Assembly (NCBI GenBank): GCA_903944345.1
Contig: CAJARJ010000018.1
Span: 120,581-184,580, forward strand
Origin: Candidatus Omnitrophota bacterium
GTDB lineage: Bacteria; Omnitrophota; Gorgyraeia; Zapsychrales; Fredricksoniimonadaceae
Direction of reading: 5' to 3'
DNA length: 64,000 nt
A model generated the notes under the pieces. That model was not told where the DNA came from, searched no databases, and saw only the letters and a list, made by a program, of their open reading frames with translations. This document shows positions 39,543 through 48,926 of this stretch, one piece after another. A program made the position numbers and the translations under genes. Position 1 is the stretch's first letter; every line of letters begins with the position of its first letter.

Positions 39543-40250
39543 TTATTGACCGGTTACTCTTTTAAGAACTTCCTGATACCCTTCCTTGATGTTTCCCAGA
39601 TCATTGCGAAAACGATCCTTGTCAAGGCGAACCCCTGTGCCCTGCTCCCAAAGGCGGCAGGTGTCGGGTGATATCTCGTCGGCAAGAATGATTCCATCCT
39701 TGCAGCGGCCGAACTCAAGCTTGAAATCAATCAGCTCAATCTTGAGCGCCAGAAAAAACTTCTTCATCAGGTCGTTGACCTGCATGGTCATGCGCCTGAT
39801 CGTTTTGACTTCATCTTCCGTGGCCAAGGCAAGCGCGACAACATGATCATCATTCATCAAAGGGTCGTTGTAGGCGTCATTTTTGTAGCAGAATTCGAAG
39901 ATCGGCCGCGTCAGCACCTGCCCTTCGACAGCTCCGTAGTTACGGCACAAAGAACCCGCCACCCGATTGCGCACAATAACTTCCACTGGAACAATCTGAA
40001 CCTTTCTGACCAGCATTTCCCGATCCGACAAAAGACGGACAAAGTGATTGGGTACGCCATTGGCACCCAAAAACTCGAAGATTTTGGCGGAAATGCTGTT
40101 ATTCATCACGCCCTTCTGATCCACCGACCCCTTCTTCTTGGCATTGAAAGCCGTAGCGTCATCTTTGAAATACTGGATGACCAATTCCGGATTGTCGGTG
40201 GCATAAAGAATTTTTGCCTTGCCTTCGTACAACTTTTCTTTCTTTTCCAT
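39543..40250 (-). CDS. purC: SAICAR synthetase
   Basis: KLYEGKAKILY start and the LIDFKLEFG motif. Confidence 0.9.
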   Translation of the reverse strand: MEKKEKLYEGKAKILYATDNPELVIQYFKDDATAFNAKKKGSVDQKGVMNNSISAKIFEFLGANGVPNHFVRLLSDREMLVRKVQIVPVEVIVRNRVAGSLCRNYGAVEGQVLTRPIFEFCYKNDAYNDPLMNDDHVVALALATEDEVKTIRRMTMQVNDLMKKFFLALKIELIDFKLEFGRCKDGIILADEISPDTCRLWEQGTGVRLDKDRFRNDLGNIKEGYQEVLKRVTGQ

Positions 40251-40298
40251 AAAATCCTCATATTTCGCGGACCAAACACAAAGCCCGCTCTATTGGTC

Positions 40299-41594
40299 TT
40301 ACTTGATCCCGACTCTCTTGAGAATATAATCGCGATGCTTGATGTAATACTTGATATCGAAACAAGCCTCAATCTCGTTCTTGGACATATACTTGCGAAC
40401 CCGACGATCACGGGAAAGCACATCGCGAAAATCTGTTGTTTCCTGCCAGACCTGCATGGCACAGCTCTGGATAATCTCGTAAGCTGTCGCACGCGGCAAC
40501 CCCTTCTTCATTAATTCAAGAAGACAGCGCTGGGAATAAATAAGACCGCGGGTTCTTTGCAGAGACTCAATCATGTTTTTGGGATAAACCAGCAAGCCAT
40601 CAATGATCGGAATAAACTTGTTGAGCATATAATCAAGCGCAATGGTGCTATCGGGAATAATAACTCTTTCCGCCGCGCTATGACTGATATCGCGCTCATG
40701 CCACAGAGCAATATTGTCCATACCGATCTGGGCATTGGCCTTGAGAATACGCGACAAACCGCAAATACGCTCACAAGTTACGGGATTACGCTTGTGCGGC
40801 ATGGCGGAAGATCCGATCTGCCCCTTGAAAAACGGCTCTTCAACCTCGAGAACCTCGGTTTTCTGCAACAAACGGACTTCAGTGGCAAATTTATTGAGTG
40901 AAGCTCCCACCAAAGCCAGCGTATTAAGATAATTGGCATGATGGTCGCGCTGGATAACCTGTGTGGCGATATTGGCTGGTTTAAGATTGAGCTTCTGACA
41001 AACATACTCTTCGACCGCCGGATCAATGTTGGCATAAGTTCCAACCGCACCGGAAAGCTTGCCAATGCGCAAATCCTCGGCTGCGGCTTCAAGGCGCGCC
41101 AGATTGCGCAGAGTCTCGTCGTACCAGAGAGCCATCTTTAACCCGAACGTCATCGGCTCGGCATGCACACCATGAGTACGCGCGATGCAAACTGTATCCT
41201 TGTATTTCTTGGCTTTGTCCCGGAGCACGGTGATCAATTTTTTCATGTCCGCAATCAAAAGCTCGGAAGCCTGCCAACACTGCACGGAAAGGGCGGTATC
41301 CAGAAGATCAGAGGAAGTCATGCCCATATGCAAATATTGAGCTTCAGGTCCGAGATTTTCACCGACATTCTGAATAAAGGCTACGATATCATGCTTGGTT
41401 CGCTCTTCAATGCGTTTAACTTCGTCGAGATCAAACTTGGCGTTCTTCTTGATCTTTTCCAGAGCCGGCTTGGGAATCTTTCCCATATTACACATCGCTT
41501 CACACGCTAAGACCTCAATCTGCAACATAATCTCGAGTTTGTGCTGCTCTGACCAAATGCGTCCCATCTTGGAAAGCGTGTACCTGTCGATCAT
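40299..41594 (-). CDS. purB: Adenylosuccinate lyase
   Basis: Fumarate lyase signature GSSAMPHKRNP. An AAGGAGA ribosome binding site lies before the ATG. Confidence 0.9.
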   Translation of the reverse strand: MIDRYTLSKMGRIWSEQHKLEIMLQIEVLACEAMCNMGKIPKPALEKIKKNAKFDLDEVKRIEERTKHDIVAFIQNVGENLGPEAQYLHMGMTSSDLLDTALSVQCWQASELLIADMKKLITVLRDKAKKYKDTVCIARTHGVHAEPMTFGLKMALWYDETLRNLARLEAAAEDLRIGKLSGAVGTYANIDPAVEEYVCQKLNLKPANIATQVIQRDHHANYLNTLALVGASLNKFATEVRLLQKTEVLEVEEPFFKGQIGSSAMPHKRNPVTCERICGLSRILKANAQIGMDNIALWHERDISHSAAERVIIPDSTIALDYMLNKFIPIIDGLLVYPKNMIESLQRTRGLIYSQRCLLELMKKGLPRATAYEIIQSCAMQVWQETTDFRDVLSRDRRVRKYMSKNEIEACFDIKYYIKHRDYILKRVGIK

Positions 41595-41799
41595 ACTGAA
41601 TTCTCCTTATGAGTTTAAACCCTCTGCGACACCGATGATACCGCACCCACACCCGGCCTCAAGAAACCGGAAAAAGACAAAATGCACAAAATAGGTGCCT
41701 AAATATATCAAATAAGTATTTCAAAATCAAACAAATTCATGGCGCGCAGCTATAAATGCTTGCGAAACAACTGTTTGGAGAAAATTGCGGCGAGGTTGA

Positions 41800-42420
41800 T
41801 TATTCCTGAACAGGATCTGTAGCGCCCCGCAAATTCTGGGGCATATTTTCTTCGAAATATTTGGAACTGACCGCCACGCTTTCCTGCATGATGCCGGGAA
41901 TGCTGCTGACCAGTTTTCGACCGCTTGGTGAAGAGTAAAATTCGATATACGCCTGCAAATCTTCAACCGAGAAATACTTTTCATAAAGCGGAACCAGAAG
42001 CTCAATAATTTCGCCAACCGAAAAGGCCTTGCGAAAAGATTCTGCCTGATCCGGCGGCAAAGAAGCAATCATCTGCTCCAGATTCTGGGTCATGGCGGCC
42101 TTGGTGCCAAAAAGCTCGACAAATTTAAGCACCAGAGCAGATTTGTCGTCGGATAAAGCAGGAACCGCCCTTTTTGTCACAGCAGGAATAGCCGGAGAAA
42201 CAGGTTCCGCAGCCACCACCTCATCACCCTGAAAACTGGCGATCTCGTCGTTGTAATACGTCAGGACAACACCGCCGACATCCATTCTGATCCGGTCTTC
42301 CGTGCGCTCGATAACCCTTCCATTGACAACCGAACCGTTATTAAGCTGAAGTACAGCGGCATGGAGCGGCAGTGTGCAAACAACAAGAGCAATGGCGGCC
42401 AGGTATAAATTTTTCATGAA
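41800..42420 (-). CDS. Secreted DUF2059-like protein
   Basis: Signal peptide MKNLYLAAIALVVCTLPLHA. The C-terminal region resembles DUF2059. Confidence 0.5.
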   Translation of the reverse strand, partial: FMKNLYLAAIALVVCTLPLHAAVLQLNNGSVVNGRVIERTEDRIRMDVGGVVLTYYNDEIASFQGDEVVAAEPVSPAIPAVTKRAVPALSDDKSALVLKFVELFGTKAAMTQNLEQMIASLPPDQAESFRKAFSVGEIIELLVPLYEKYFSVEDLQAYIEFYSSPSGRKLVSSIPGIMQESVAVSSKYFEENMPQNLRGATDPVQE

Positions 42421-42503
42421 CATCTCCGGAAATTTGTCTTTGCACCACCGGAAAGTCTGCCCGGCGAGAGCAAAAGGGCCTAAAGCATATAAGAAAAGGT
42501 AAC

Positions 42504-43637
42504 ATGATAAAGGCGCAATTGTCAAACAAAGACTTGTATGTTAGGATAACCCCTATGCTTGATAAACTTCGTCAGGAAATTAATATAAGTATCGGCGAAT
42601 TTCTTTCCCTGATCCGTAAAGAATACCGCCTGGATCTGGTCAACCCCATCCTCTACGAGAGCATTCGCGAATTTTCTCTTCGTCCGGGGAAACGGATACG
42701 ACCGCTGCTGCTTCTGCTGAGCTATCTGGGCTACTCAAAAGCGGGCAAAAAAATTTCCCGCTCGGTTTATAATGCCTCAACCTGCATCGAATTCCTGCAC
42801 AATTTCATGCTGATTCATGACGACATTATAGACCATTCCGAACTGCGGCGCGGCCAGCCCACCATGCACCGAGTCCTGCGTAATACCATCAACTGCCCCG
42901 ACCCCGATCTATTGGGCATTAATCTCGGCATCATAGCCGGAGACATTGTTTATGCTTTGGCGATCGATGCCTTCTTGTCAATTAAAGAAGACCCCGCTCG
43001 CAAGGAACGCGCCCTGAAATATTTCATCCAGACAGCGGCTTTTACTGCCATGGGCGAATTTGTAGACACTGTCCACGGTGTTGACTGCATTGGCAACGTT
43101 CAGGAAAAGGATGTTTACCTGAACTATTCACTCAAAACCGCCCGCTATACTTTTGATTGTCCGCTGGTCACTGGCGCTATCCTGGCCGGAGCTGCAAAAA
43201 AGGAAACCGACCGCCTAGCCAAGTTTGGACTGCTGATCGGACAGGCTTTTCAGATTCAAGATGATGTGATTGGAATTTTCGAGTCCGAAGAAACCATCGG
43301 AAAATCTATCCTCAGCGATCTGGAAGAACAAAAGAAGACTCTGCTGGTTGCTCACGCCTACAGGACATTATCACCACAGAAACGCAAAGCCTTTTTACAG
43401 ATTTTCTCCAAAACCCCAAAAACAATCGCCGATCTTGAAGAAGTCCGTGCGATATTCCTTTCTTCAGGAAGCCTGGCTTACTGCCTTGAAGCCCTCGGCT
43501 CACGCACCCTGCAGGCCAAAAAAATCCTTGATTCCTTGACCATGCTGCCCCGTTATCGCCAGCTGGTCAGCGATTCCTTATTCCAGTTATTCCGGCAATC
43601 CGAAGACGTGGCCCGACGCTACGGAATAAAAACCTGA
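42504..43637 (+). CDS. Polyprenyl (geranylgeranyl/farnesyl) diphosphate synthase
   Basis: First DDxxD motif LIHDDIID and second motif FQIQDDVIG. An alternative start is the ATG at 42555. Confidence 0.85.
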   Translation: MIKAQLSNKDLYVRITPMLDKLRQEINISIGEFLSLIRKEYRLDLVNPILYESIREFSLRPGKRIRPLLLLLSYLGYSKAGKKISRSVYNASTCIEFLHNFMLIHDDIIDHSELRRGQPTMHRVLRNTINCPDPDLLGINLGIIAGDIVYALAIDAFLSIKEDPARKERALKYFIQTAAFTAMGEFVDTVHGVDCIGNVQEKDVYLNYSLKTARYTFDCPLVTGAILAGAAKKETDRLAKFGLLIGQAFQIQDDVIGIFESEETIGKSILSDLEEQKKTLLVAHAYRTLSPQKRKAFLQIFSKTPKTIADLEEVRAIFLSSGSLAYCLEALGSRTLQAKKILDSLTMLPRYRQLVSDSLFQLFRQSEDVARRYGIKT

Positions 43638-43674
43638 GCAAATTCGGCAGGAAGTCGTTGTCCTTTTACGCCGG

Positions 43675-44073
43675 TTACTTAATAACCCACTCGCCGGACT
43701 GGCTCTGAATACGGTCACCCGCAGATGCTTTCTGACGCTGCACCTCGGCGAACACTCCCTCGACAGTTGCCAAAGCCCCTTTACCGAGATTATTCTGCAC
43801 GACAATAGCCTCGTAGATAGCCTTGCGGTCGCGGTTTTCATCGTCTGCCAGGGCTCGGGCATCAGCCGCTGCCCCCAGAACCTCGACGTAACCACGATTA
43901 TTCTCTCCAAGAACTCCCTGGGCCTTGAGGCTCTTGAGCTGCGCAAAGCGTTGTTTACGGCCATCGAGGGCCGACTGCACCTGGGGCGTCATCTGTTTAA
44001 TGTCATAAGCTCCTGCGGCCAAAACCGTGCCAGCCATAATCACCAAAAAAAACAAAGCTGCTATATATCTCAT
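43675..44073 (-). CDS. ydbL: YdbL-family (DUF1318) periplasmic protein
   Basis: Signal peptide. The pattern RKAIYEAIVVQNNL...GEWVIK is typical of DUF1318. Confidence 0.65.
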   Translation of the reverse strand: MRYIAALFFLVIMAGTVLAAGAYDIKQMTPQVQSALDGRKQRFAQLKSLKAQGVLGENNRGYVEVLGAAADARALADDENRDRKAIYEAIVVQNNLGKGALATVEGVFAEVQRQKASAGDRIQSQSGEWVIK

Positions 44074-44094
44074 AAACCCTCCATTATTCAATCT

Positions 44095-44286
44095 TTATTG
44101 TCCGCTCACCATGTCTTCTATGCTGGATGCGGTCTGCTGAAGCCCTTTGATGTCAATTGTAATATGTGCATTAATCGTGATCGGACGGTTAGGGTCGCCA
44201 ACGGCCTTCACCGTACAGCCACAAATCCCGCTCCCAAAAAACATACAGCATAAAATACTGCCAAAGATTTTCCGTCGCTGATCCAT
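44095..44286 (-). CDS. ynbE: YnbE-family lipoprotein
   Basis: MDQRRKIFGSILCCMFFGSGICGC lipobox followed by a ~40-aa mature peptide. Confidence 0.6.
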   Translation of the reverse strand: MDQRRKIFGSILCCMFFGSGICGCTVKAVGDPNRPITINAHITIDIKGLQQTASSIEDMVSGQ

Positions 44287-44317
44287 ACAACCTCCGGAAC
44301 CACGGTTTCTGATATTC

Positions 44318-45364
44318 CTATTTCTGTAACTGCTCCGACAAGGACTGCCAGTAAGTAAGCAGATTTTGCCACGCCCCATCGGTACGAATATCATAACCCA
44401 GATTCAGCGCAGTATTGACGGCCTTGCTCGTCAAATGCAATTCTCCGGCCAGAAGCCCGTAACCGACATTAGCTATTCTAACGGAAAAAAGCTCAACTGC
44501 AAGCTTTCCCCCGGCCTTGACCAGCCGCTCAACCAGTTTCTTCTCGCGGGATTGGGGCAGATAAGACAAAAGACTGCCCAGCAAAGCCGCATTCACCGCC
44601 CCTCCCGAAGACAAATGCAACCCGGCCTGAAGAGCGTCCATGCGCTCGGCAGTGCCCTCGACCTTTAGCTGCCCTGATACCATCCCGTCAATCTGCTGCG
44701 GAACACTGGCATCAATATCCCCCATGAGCAGTGTGCTCAGCTGGTCCAACGCAAGGTCCAGCGTGTACCCGGCCGAAGCAAACTGAACTCCTAACGCCCC
44801 TGCAATATGACCGCCATAAGCTTCTGCCTTCATTTCCTCAAGGCGCAAAAAAGAGGCATCTCCGGAAAGTTTCCCTCGGGCGCTGGTCAGGCGAAGCTTG
44901 TCCCAGGTCAAAGACTGTAGCTGCCACTGGCCGTCAAAAACAGGCTGACCCGCAGGCCAGCTCAGGCGCAAAGCAACAGTTCCACCCGCCAGATGTCCGG
45001 GTTCCCAGCGCAGATCTGCCCCCTCAAGCACAAATTTCCAGACCCGCCCGGGACCAAAAACACTCCGCCAGCCGCGCCACTCCAACTGCTCCAGACGGAA
45101 TTCCAACGGTTTTCCCCGCAGGATCCCGGACAAAGAAAGGTTTTTCCAGACACACACACCTTCCAGGCGGCAGCGCTGCTCTCCGACGGTAAAACGCTCG
45201 AGAGAGAACTCCCTGAGCACCCGCCCGCAAACAGGCCCCGCCAACTGCCGCACCAGCCATGTCGAATTAGATAACCAGACAACAGCCGCACCGAGTGCCA
45301 GAACAAACAAAGCCAGCACCAGAACTACAGCCAGTCGTCTAGACCAGCCTGGCAGAAATTTCAT
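44318..45364 (-). CDS. YdbH-like (AsmA/TamB-related) protein, short form
   Basis: N-terminal membrane anchor. It is in the conserved neighbourhood ydbH-ynbE-ydbL. At 348 aa it is far shorter than E. coli YdbH (~880 aa). Confidence 0.5.
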   Translation of the reverse strand: MKFLPGWSRRLAVVLVLALFVLALGAAVVWLSNSTWLVRQLAGPVCGRVLREFSLERFTVGEQRCRLEGVCVWKNLSLSGILRGKPLEFRLEQLEWRGWRSVFGPGRVWKFVLEGADLRWEPGHLAGGTVALRLSWPAGQPVFDGQWQLQSLTWDKLRLTSARGKLSGDASFLRLEEMKAEAYGGHIAGALGVQFASAGYTLDLALDQLSTLLMGDIDASVPQQIDGMVSGQLKVEGTAERMDALQAGLHLSSGGAVNAALLGSLLSYLPQSREKKLVERLVKAGGKLAVELFSVRIANVGYGLLAGELHLTSKAVNTALNLGYDIRTDGAWQNLLTYWQSLSEQLQK

Positions 45365-46442
45365 CCAGCACCATCCTTCCCCGGGAAGTCGCCTTGATCC
45401 GCCCGTCTTCGTCGGTCAAAAGGCCATCCCGGACAAAAGAACCAAGAATTGCCCGACGGTCATCAGAAATCCGGACTCCAAAACGCTGTTCCAGCAAAAG
45501 AATATCCACACCTTCATTAAGCCTGAGTCCGAACAAAAAAGCTTCCATCAGCTTCCCCTGCGAAGAAAGCTGCTCGCTGCCAGTCTCTGCGCTGCCTGAA
45601 GCGGCCATCATGGAAAGATAACCCGGCAGCGTATCCGCATTCCAGAACCTGCGCCCGTCGATATGCGAATGCGCCGACATACCCAAACCCCAATATTCGC
45701 CCGCCCGCCAGGTATTAAGATTATAACGGGATTCGAAACCCGGAAACGAAAAATTACTGACTTCATACTGCCTCGCGCCCGCAGACTCAATCCGGGCGCG
45801 CACCAGTTCATAAGCCTCTGCCTGATCATCCGGGTCAACTTTCAGAGCACGGGCATAAAAAAGACTGCGCGGCTCGATCTCCAGCATGTACAAAGAAACA
45901 TGCTCACTGCCCAGGGCAAGAATCCGGTCGACATCGCGGGCAAGCTCGTCGACAGACTGTCCGGGAAAACCAAAAATAAGATCCACGTTAATGTTTTTGA
46001 AACCCGCCTGCCGCAGAATCCCGAATGCCTCGGCGGCACCAGCAGCCGTATGCCCGCGGCCCAGCCAGCGTAAACGTGAATCATCAAACGACTGAACGCC
46101 CAGACTGACCCGATTGGCCCCGGCAGCCCGCCAGGCCAGGGCCCGGGCAATATCGACACTCTCGGGATTGGCTTCAAAAGTAAACTCCGCCTGTTTATCG
46201 ACGGAGAAATTATCCGCAATCAGACGACCAAGACGCTCCACCCCTTGCCGGGAAAGAAGCGAGGGCGTTCCGCCTCCGACATACACCGGCCCGCACTCCT
46301 GCAGGGTCCGGTGCCCTGCTTCACGTTCCAGTGCGGCAAGATATTCTTCTTCTTTTCGAATAAACCCGGCCGAAACGGGAAAGGAACAGTACAGACATTT
46401 GCCCGCACAAAAAGGAATATGCACATACAAACTGCGCGCCAT
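45339..46442 (-). CDS. hemW: Radical SAM heme chaperone HemW (HemN-like)
   Basis: LYVHIPFCAGKCLYCSF radical SAM CxxxCxxC motif and a HemN C-terminal domain. Confidence 0.85.
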   Translation of the reverse strand: MARSLYVHIPFCAGKCLYCSFPVSAGFIRKEEEYLAALEREAGHRTLQECGPVYVGGGTPSLLSRQGVERLGRLIADNFSVDKQAEFTFEANPESVDIARALAWRAAGANRVSLGVQSFDDSRLRWLGRGHTAAGAAEAFGILRQAGFKNINVDLIFGFPGQSVDELARDVDRILALGSEHVSLYMLEIEPRSLFYARALKVDPDDQAEAYELVRARIESAGARQYEVSNFSFPGFESRYNLNTWRAGEYWGLGMSAHSHIDGRRFWNADTLPGYLSMMAASGSAETGSEQLSSQGKLMEAFLFGLRLNEGVDILLLEQRFGVRISDDRRAILGSFVRDGLLTDEDGRIKATSRGRMVLDEISARLV

Positions 46443-46570
46443 AAAATTATTTCTTATTTTTCGGAATATTGCTTACGGAAATAAAAACCACATCAGAACG
46501 AATTACAAATCACCGTCGAGAAATGAAACATTTTTTTTCACATCACATAATAAAAAATGTCAAAATTTTT

Positions 46571-46600
46571 TTGAATCTTTATCATCGGATGTTATTATAA
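46571..46600 (+). promoter_or_regulatory. Sigma-70-like promoter for the mini-ORF pair
   Basis: TTGAAT at 46571-76, a 17 nt spacer, then TATTAT at 46594-99. It lies in a very AT-rich intergenic region about 40 nt upstream of the first ATG. Confidence 0.4.
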
Positions 46601-46640
46601 ATCAAGAGCATACAAATACCCAGAGGAAAGGAGAAATCAT

Positions 46641-46718
46641 ATGCCCTGTTGCTGCAAAAAAACATCAAGCAAAGAAACAAAGAAGGCCCCTGCAAAGAAA
46701 GCGGCCAAAAAGAAATAG
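46641..46718 (+). CDS. Mini-ORF 1: 25-aa basic peptide MPCCCKKTSSKETKKAPAKKAAKKK
   Basis: ATG preceded by GGAAAGGAGAAA with a 5 nt spacer. Read directly from the sequence. Confidence 0.4.
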   Translation: MPCCCKKTSSKETKKAPAKKAAKKK

Positions 46719-46777
46719 ATTTCAGGTTTAGAATTCAAACACATCAACCCGTTCCAACCTCAGGAAAGGAGAAAACC

Positions 46778-46852
46778 ATGGCCGTTAAGAAAGCCGCTGC
46801 AGCCAAAAAGCCTGCAAAGAAGCCTGTCAAGAAGACCGCAAAAAAGAAGTAA
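46778..46852 (+). CDS. Mini-ORF 2: 24-aa basic peptide MAVKKAAAAKKPAKKPVKKTAKKK
   Basis: ATG preceded by an identical GGAAAGGAGAAA ribosome binding site with a 4 nt spacer. Followed 20 nt later by an intrinsic terminator. Confidence 0.5.
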   Translation: MAVKKAAAAKKPAKKPVKKTAKKK

Positions 46853-46873
46853 CAACTTCTTTTCTCTTTTGAA

Positions 46874-46910
46874 AAACCCTCTGCCTGAAACGGAGGGTTT
46901 TTCTTTTATT
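46874..46910 (+). terminator. Intrinsic terminator after the mini-ORFs
   Basis: Stem aaccctc/gagggtt followed by TTTTTCTTTTATTT. Confidence 0.6.
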
Positions 46911-46925
46911 TCAGATTTAAAGCAT

Positions 46926-46960
46926 AAAAAGGCGGCCCCGAAACGGACCGCCTTTATATT
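46926..46960 (-). terminator. Intrinsic terminator of pgi
   Basis: On the minus strand: aaaggcggtccgtttcggggccgccttttt followed by a T-run. Confidence 0.5.
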
Positions 46961-46987
46961 GTTCCCGACGCTGCTATCTGTCCTGCT

Positions 46988-48262
46988 TCAATCTTTACCA
47001 AGCAAAGCAAACATCTTTTTCTTGTACGCCTCCACACCAGGCTGATCAAACGGATTGACGCCCAGCAGATAACCCGAAATGCCAATAGCCTTCTCGAAGA
47101 AATAATACAGCTGACCCAGATGAAAAGCATCCCCCCGCTCCAGCATCAGCATCAGGTTGGGAACCCCGCCCTCGTGATGCGCCGCCGCTGTAGCCAGATA
47201 CGCCTGCTTATTGACCCAGTCAAGACTCTTTCCGGCCACACAATTAAACTTGTCCAGATCAGCTTCCTGACGGGGAATCAGCAAAGGCTCCTCCACCTGC
47301 TCAAGCATGAGAAAAGTCTCAAAAATATTACGCATCCCGTCCTGCATAAGCTGTCCCATGGAATGCAGATCGGCGGAAAGCACGGTCGAGGCAGGGAAAA
47401 TGCCCTTGCCGTTCTTGCCTTCGCTCTCGCCATAAAGCTGCTTCCACCACTCCATCGCATACTGAAAATTGGGATAGAAAGACGCCATCATCTCGATATG
47501 CTTGCCTCCGGCATAAAGCAGATTGCGCACAGCCGCGTACTGATACGCAGGGTTCTGCATAAGATCTTCCAGTGCGTATGCTTTCTCGCCAGCACGAAAA
47601 CCGTCGACAAACGCCCCGATGTTCACGCCGGCAAGCGCCAGCGGCACCAGTCCGACAGGAGTCAGCACCGAAAAACGTCCGCCCACATCATCCGGTATCA
47701 CCCAGGAACGATAACCTTCCTGATCAGCAATCCGGCGCAATGCCCCCTTCTTCTCGTCGGTAACACAAAAAATGCGCTTCTTGAGTTCGCCGGAGGCATA
47801 TTTCCGGCGCATGGCGCCGTCGATCAGACGAAAAGCCAGTGCAGGCTCAGTCGTCGTGCCCGATTTGGAGATAACCACAACGCTGACATCTGTTGTCTCG
47901 ATCAACCGCAAGACCTTGCGCATGTCGGCATTGGACATGTTGTGTCCGGCATAATACACCGGAAGACCTCCCTGCACGTCCAGAAAGTCCAACGTAGCCC
48001 TGATACCAAGATAAGAGCCGCCAATCCCGATCGAGATAACCGCCCTGGAATGCTGGCGCACCTCGCCTGCCAATGCTGTCAATTCGTGCACCAGGGCATC
48101 TGGCGTCCTCGACGGCAGATCCACCCAACCCAGAAAATCATTACCCGCACCGGTCTTCTGGTGCAAATCCCGATGCGCCTTGGCGACGGCTGGCGCCAAA
48201 GACTGAATCTGCTGATCGGAAACAAAACCCTTAAGATATTCCTTGTTTAGAACGATACCCAT
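46988..48262 (-). CDS. pgi: Glucose-6-phosphate isomerase
   Basis: GIGGSYLG and the phosphoglucose isomerase family pattern. The start is taken as MGIVLNKEY; the ORF track's longer N-terminus is Arg-rich and likely spurious. Confidence 0.85.
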   Translation of the reverse strand: MGIVLNKEYLKGFVSDQQIQSLAPAVAKAHRDLHQKTGAGNDFLGWVDLPSRTPDALVHELTALAGEVRQHSRAVISIGIGGSYLGIRATLDFLDVQGGLPVYYAGHNMSNADMRKVLRLIETTDVSVVVISKSGTTTEPALAFRLIDGAMRRKYASGELKKRIFCVTDEKKGALRRIADQEGYRSWVIPDDVGGRFSVLTPVGLVPLALAGVNIGAFVDGFRAGEKAYALEDLMQNPAYQYAAVRNLLYAGGKHIEMMASFYPNFQYAMEWWKQLYGESEGKNGKGIFPASTVLSADLHSMGQLMQDGMRNIFETFLMLEQVEEPLLIPRQEADLDKFNCVAGKSLDWVNKQAYLATAAAHHEGGVPNLMLMLERGDAFHLGQLYYFFEKAIGISGYLLGVNPFDQPGVEAYKKKMFALLGKD

Positions 48263-48296
48263 AACACACCTTTCAAAATAAACATTGTGTCCAATA

Positions 48297-48926
48297 CTAC
48301 CGTTTTCTCTTCTTCGACAGCTCCGCTGCCGCTGCCTCCACCTCTGCCTTGGTCTTTGAAACAAGATCCTTGTCCTGTCCCATCTTCAGCTTCTCAACAA
48401 GAATTCCATCCTTGTAGACTTCCTGGGCAATAACCTCGCCAGTCTCGGAAAATTCGGTCAGAATGCCGTTAAGAAACGCTTTCTTGTATGTCATTTGCTT
48501 GTGAATAAGCCCGCTGGGATAATAAAATCTGGCTTCACCGCTTAATATCCCTTTTTCGTACGTTTCCTCTTTCTCCGGAAGGCCTTTTTCGTCATAAGTA
48601 CGAAAAGCCCCCTGCAATTCGTTATCTTTATAAACACCCTGTGTCTTGAGCATCCCGGTGGCCCAATATGTCCCGGCCTCGCCCTCGCGCAGCCCTTTGA
48701 CATACGTGGTCACCGATTTGCGGCTTCCGTTCTCATAATATTCCGTCACCTGACCATCAAGCAGGTCAAACTTGTAGTTCTCGGATTTCTGCAATGCCCC
48801 CGAGGGATAGAACTGTTTAAACTCGCCGTCGGAGACCGGAGTCTTTTTTCTGGCTGCATACACTTCGCCTCCGGCAAAAGCCAGCGTCAGAACAGAAAGA
48901 CAGATTACCGCAGTCAATCGCTTCAT
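48297..48926 (-). CDS. MORN-repeat (YwqK-like) secreted protein
   Basis: Signal peptide MKRLTAVICLSVLTLAFAG. Repeated YxNGxxKxxxxYxxGxxxG units. Confidence 0.6.
   Translation of the reverse strand: MKRLTAVICLSVLTLAFAGGEVYAARKKTPVSDGEFKQFYPSGALQKSENYKFDLLDGQVTEYYENGSRKSVTTYVKGLREGEAGTYWATGMLKTQGVYKDNELQGAFRTYDEKGLPEKEETYEKGILSGEARFYYPSGLIHKQMTYKKAFLNGILTEFSETGEVIAQEVYKDGILVEKLKMGQDKDLVSKTKAEVEAAAAELSKKRKR

Noticed and set aside
41595-41799. Leader of the pur operon inspected for a purine or ZTP riboswitch
   Set aside because: A hairpin (ccggtttcttgaggccgg) is present. But none of the conserved purine-riboswitch or pfl-motif sequence blocks could be recognised by eye.
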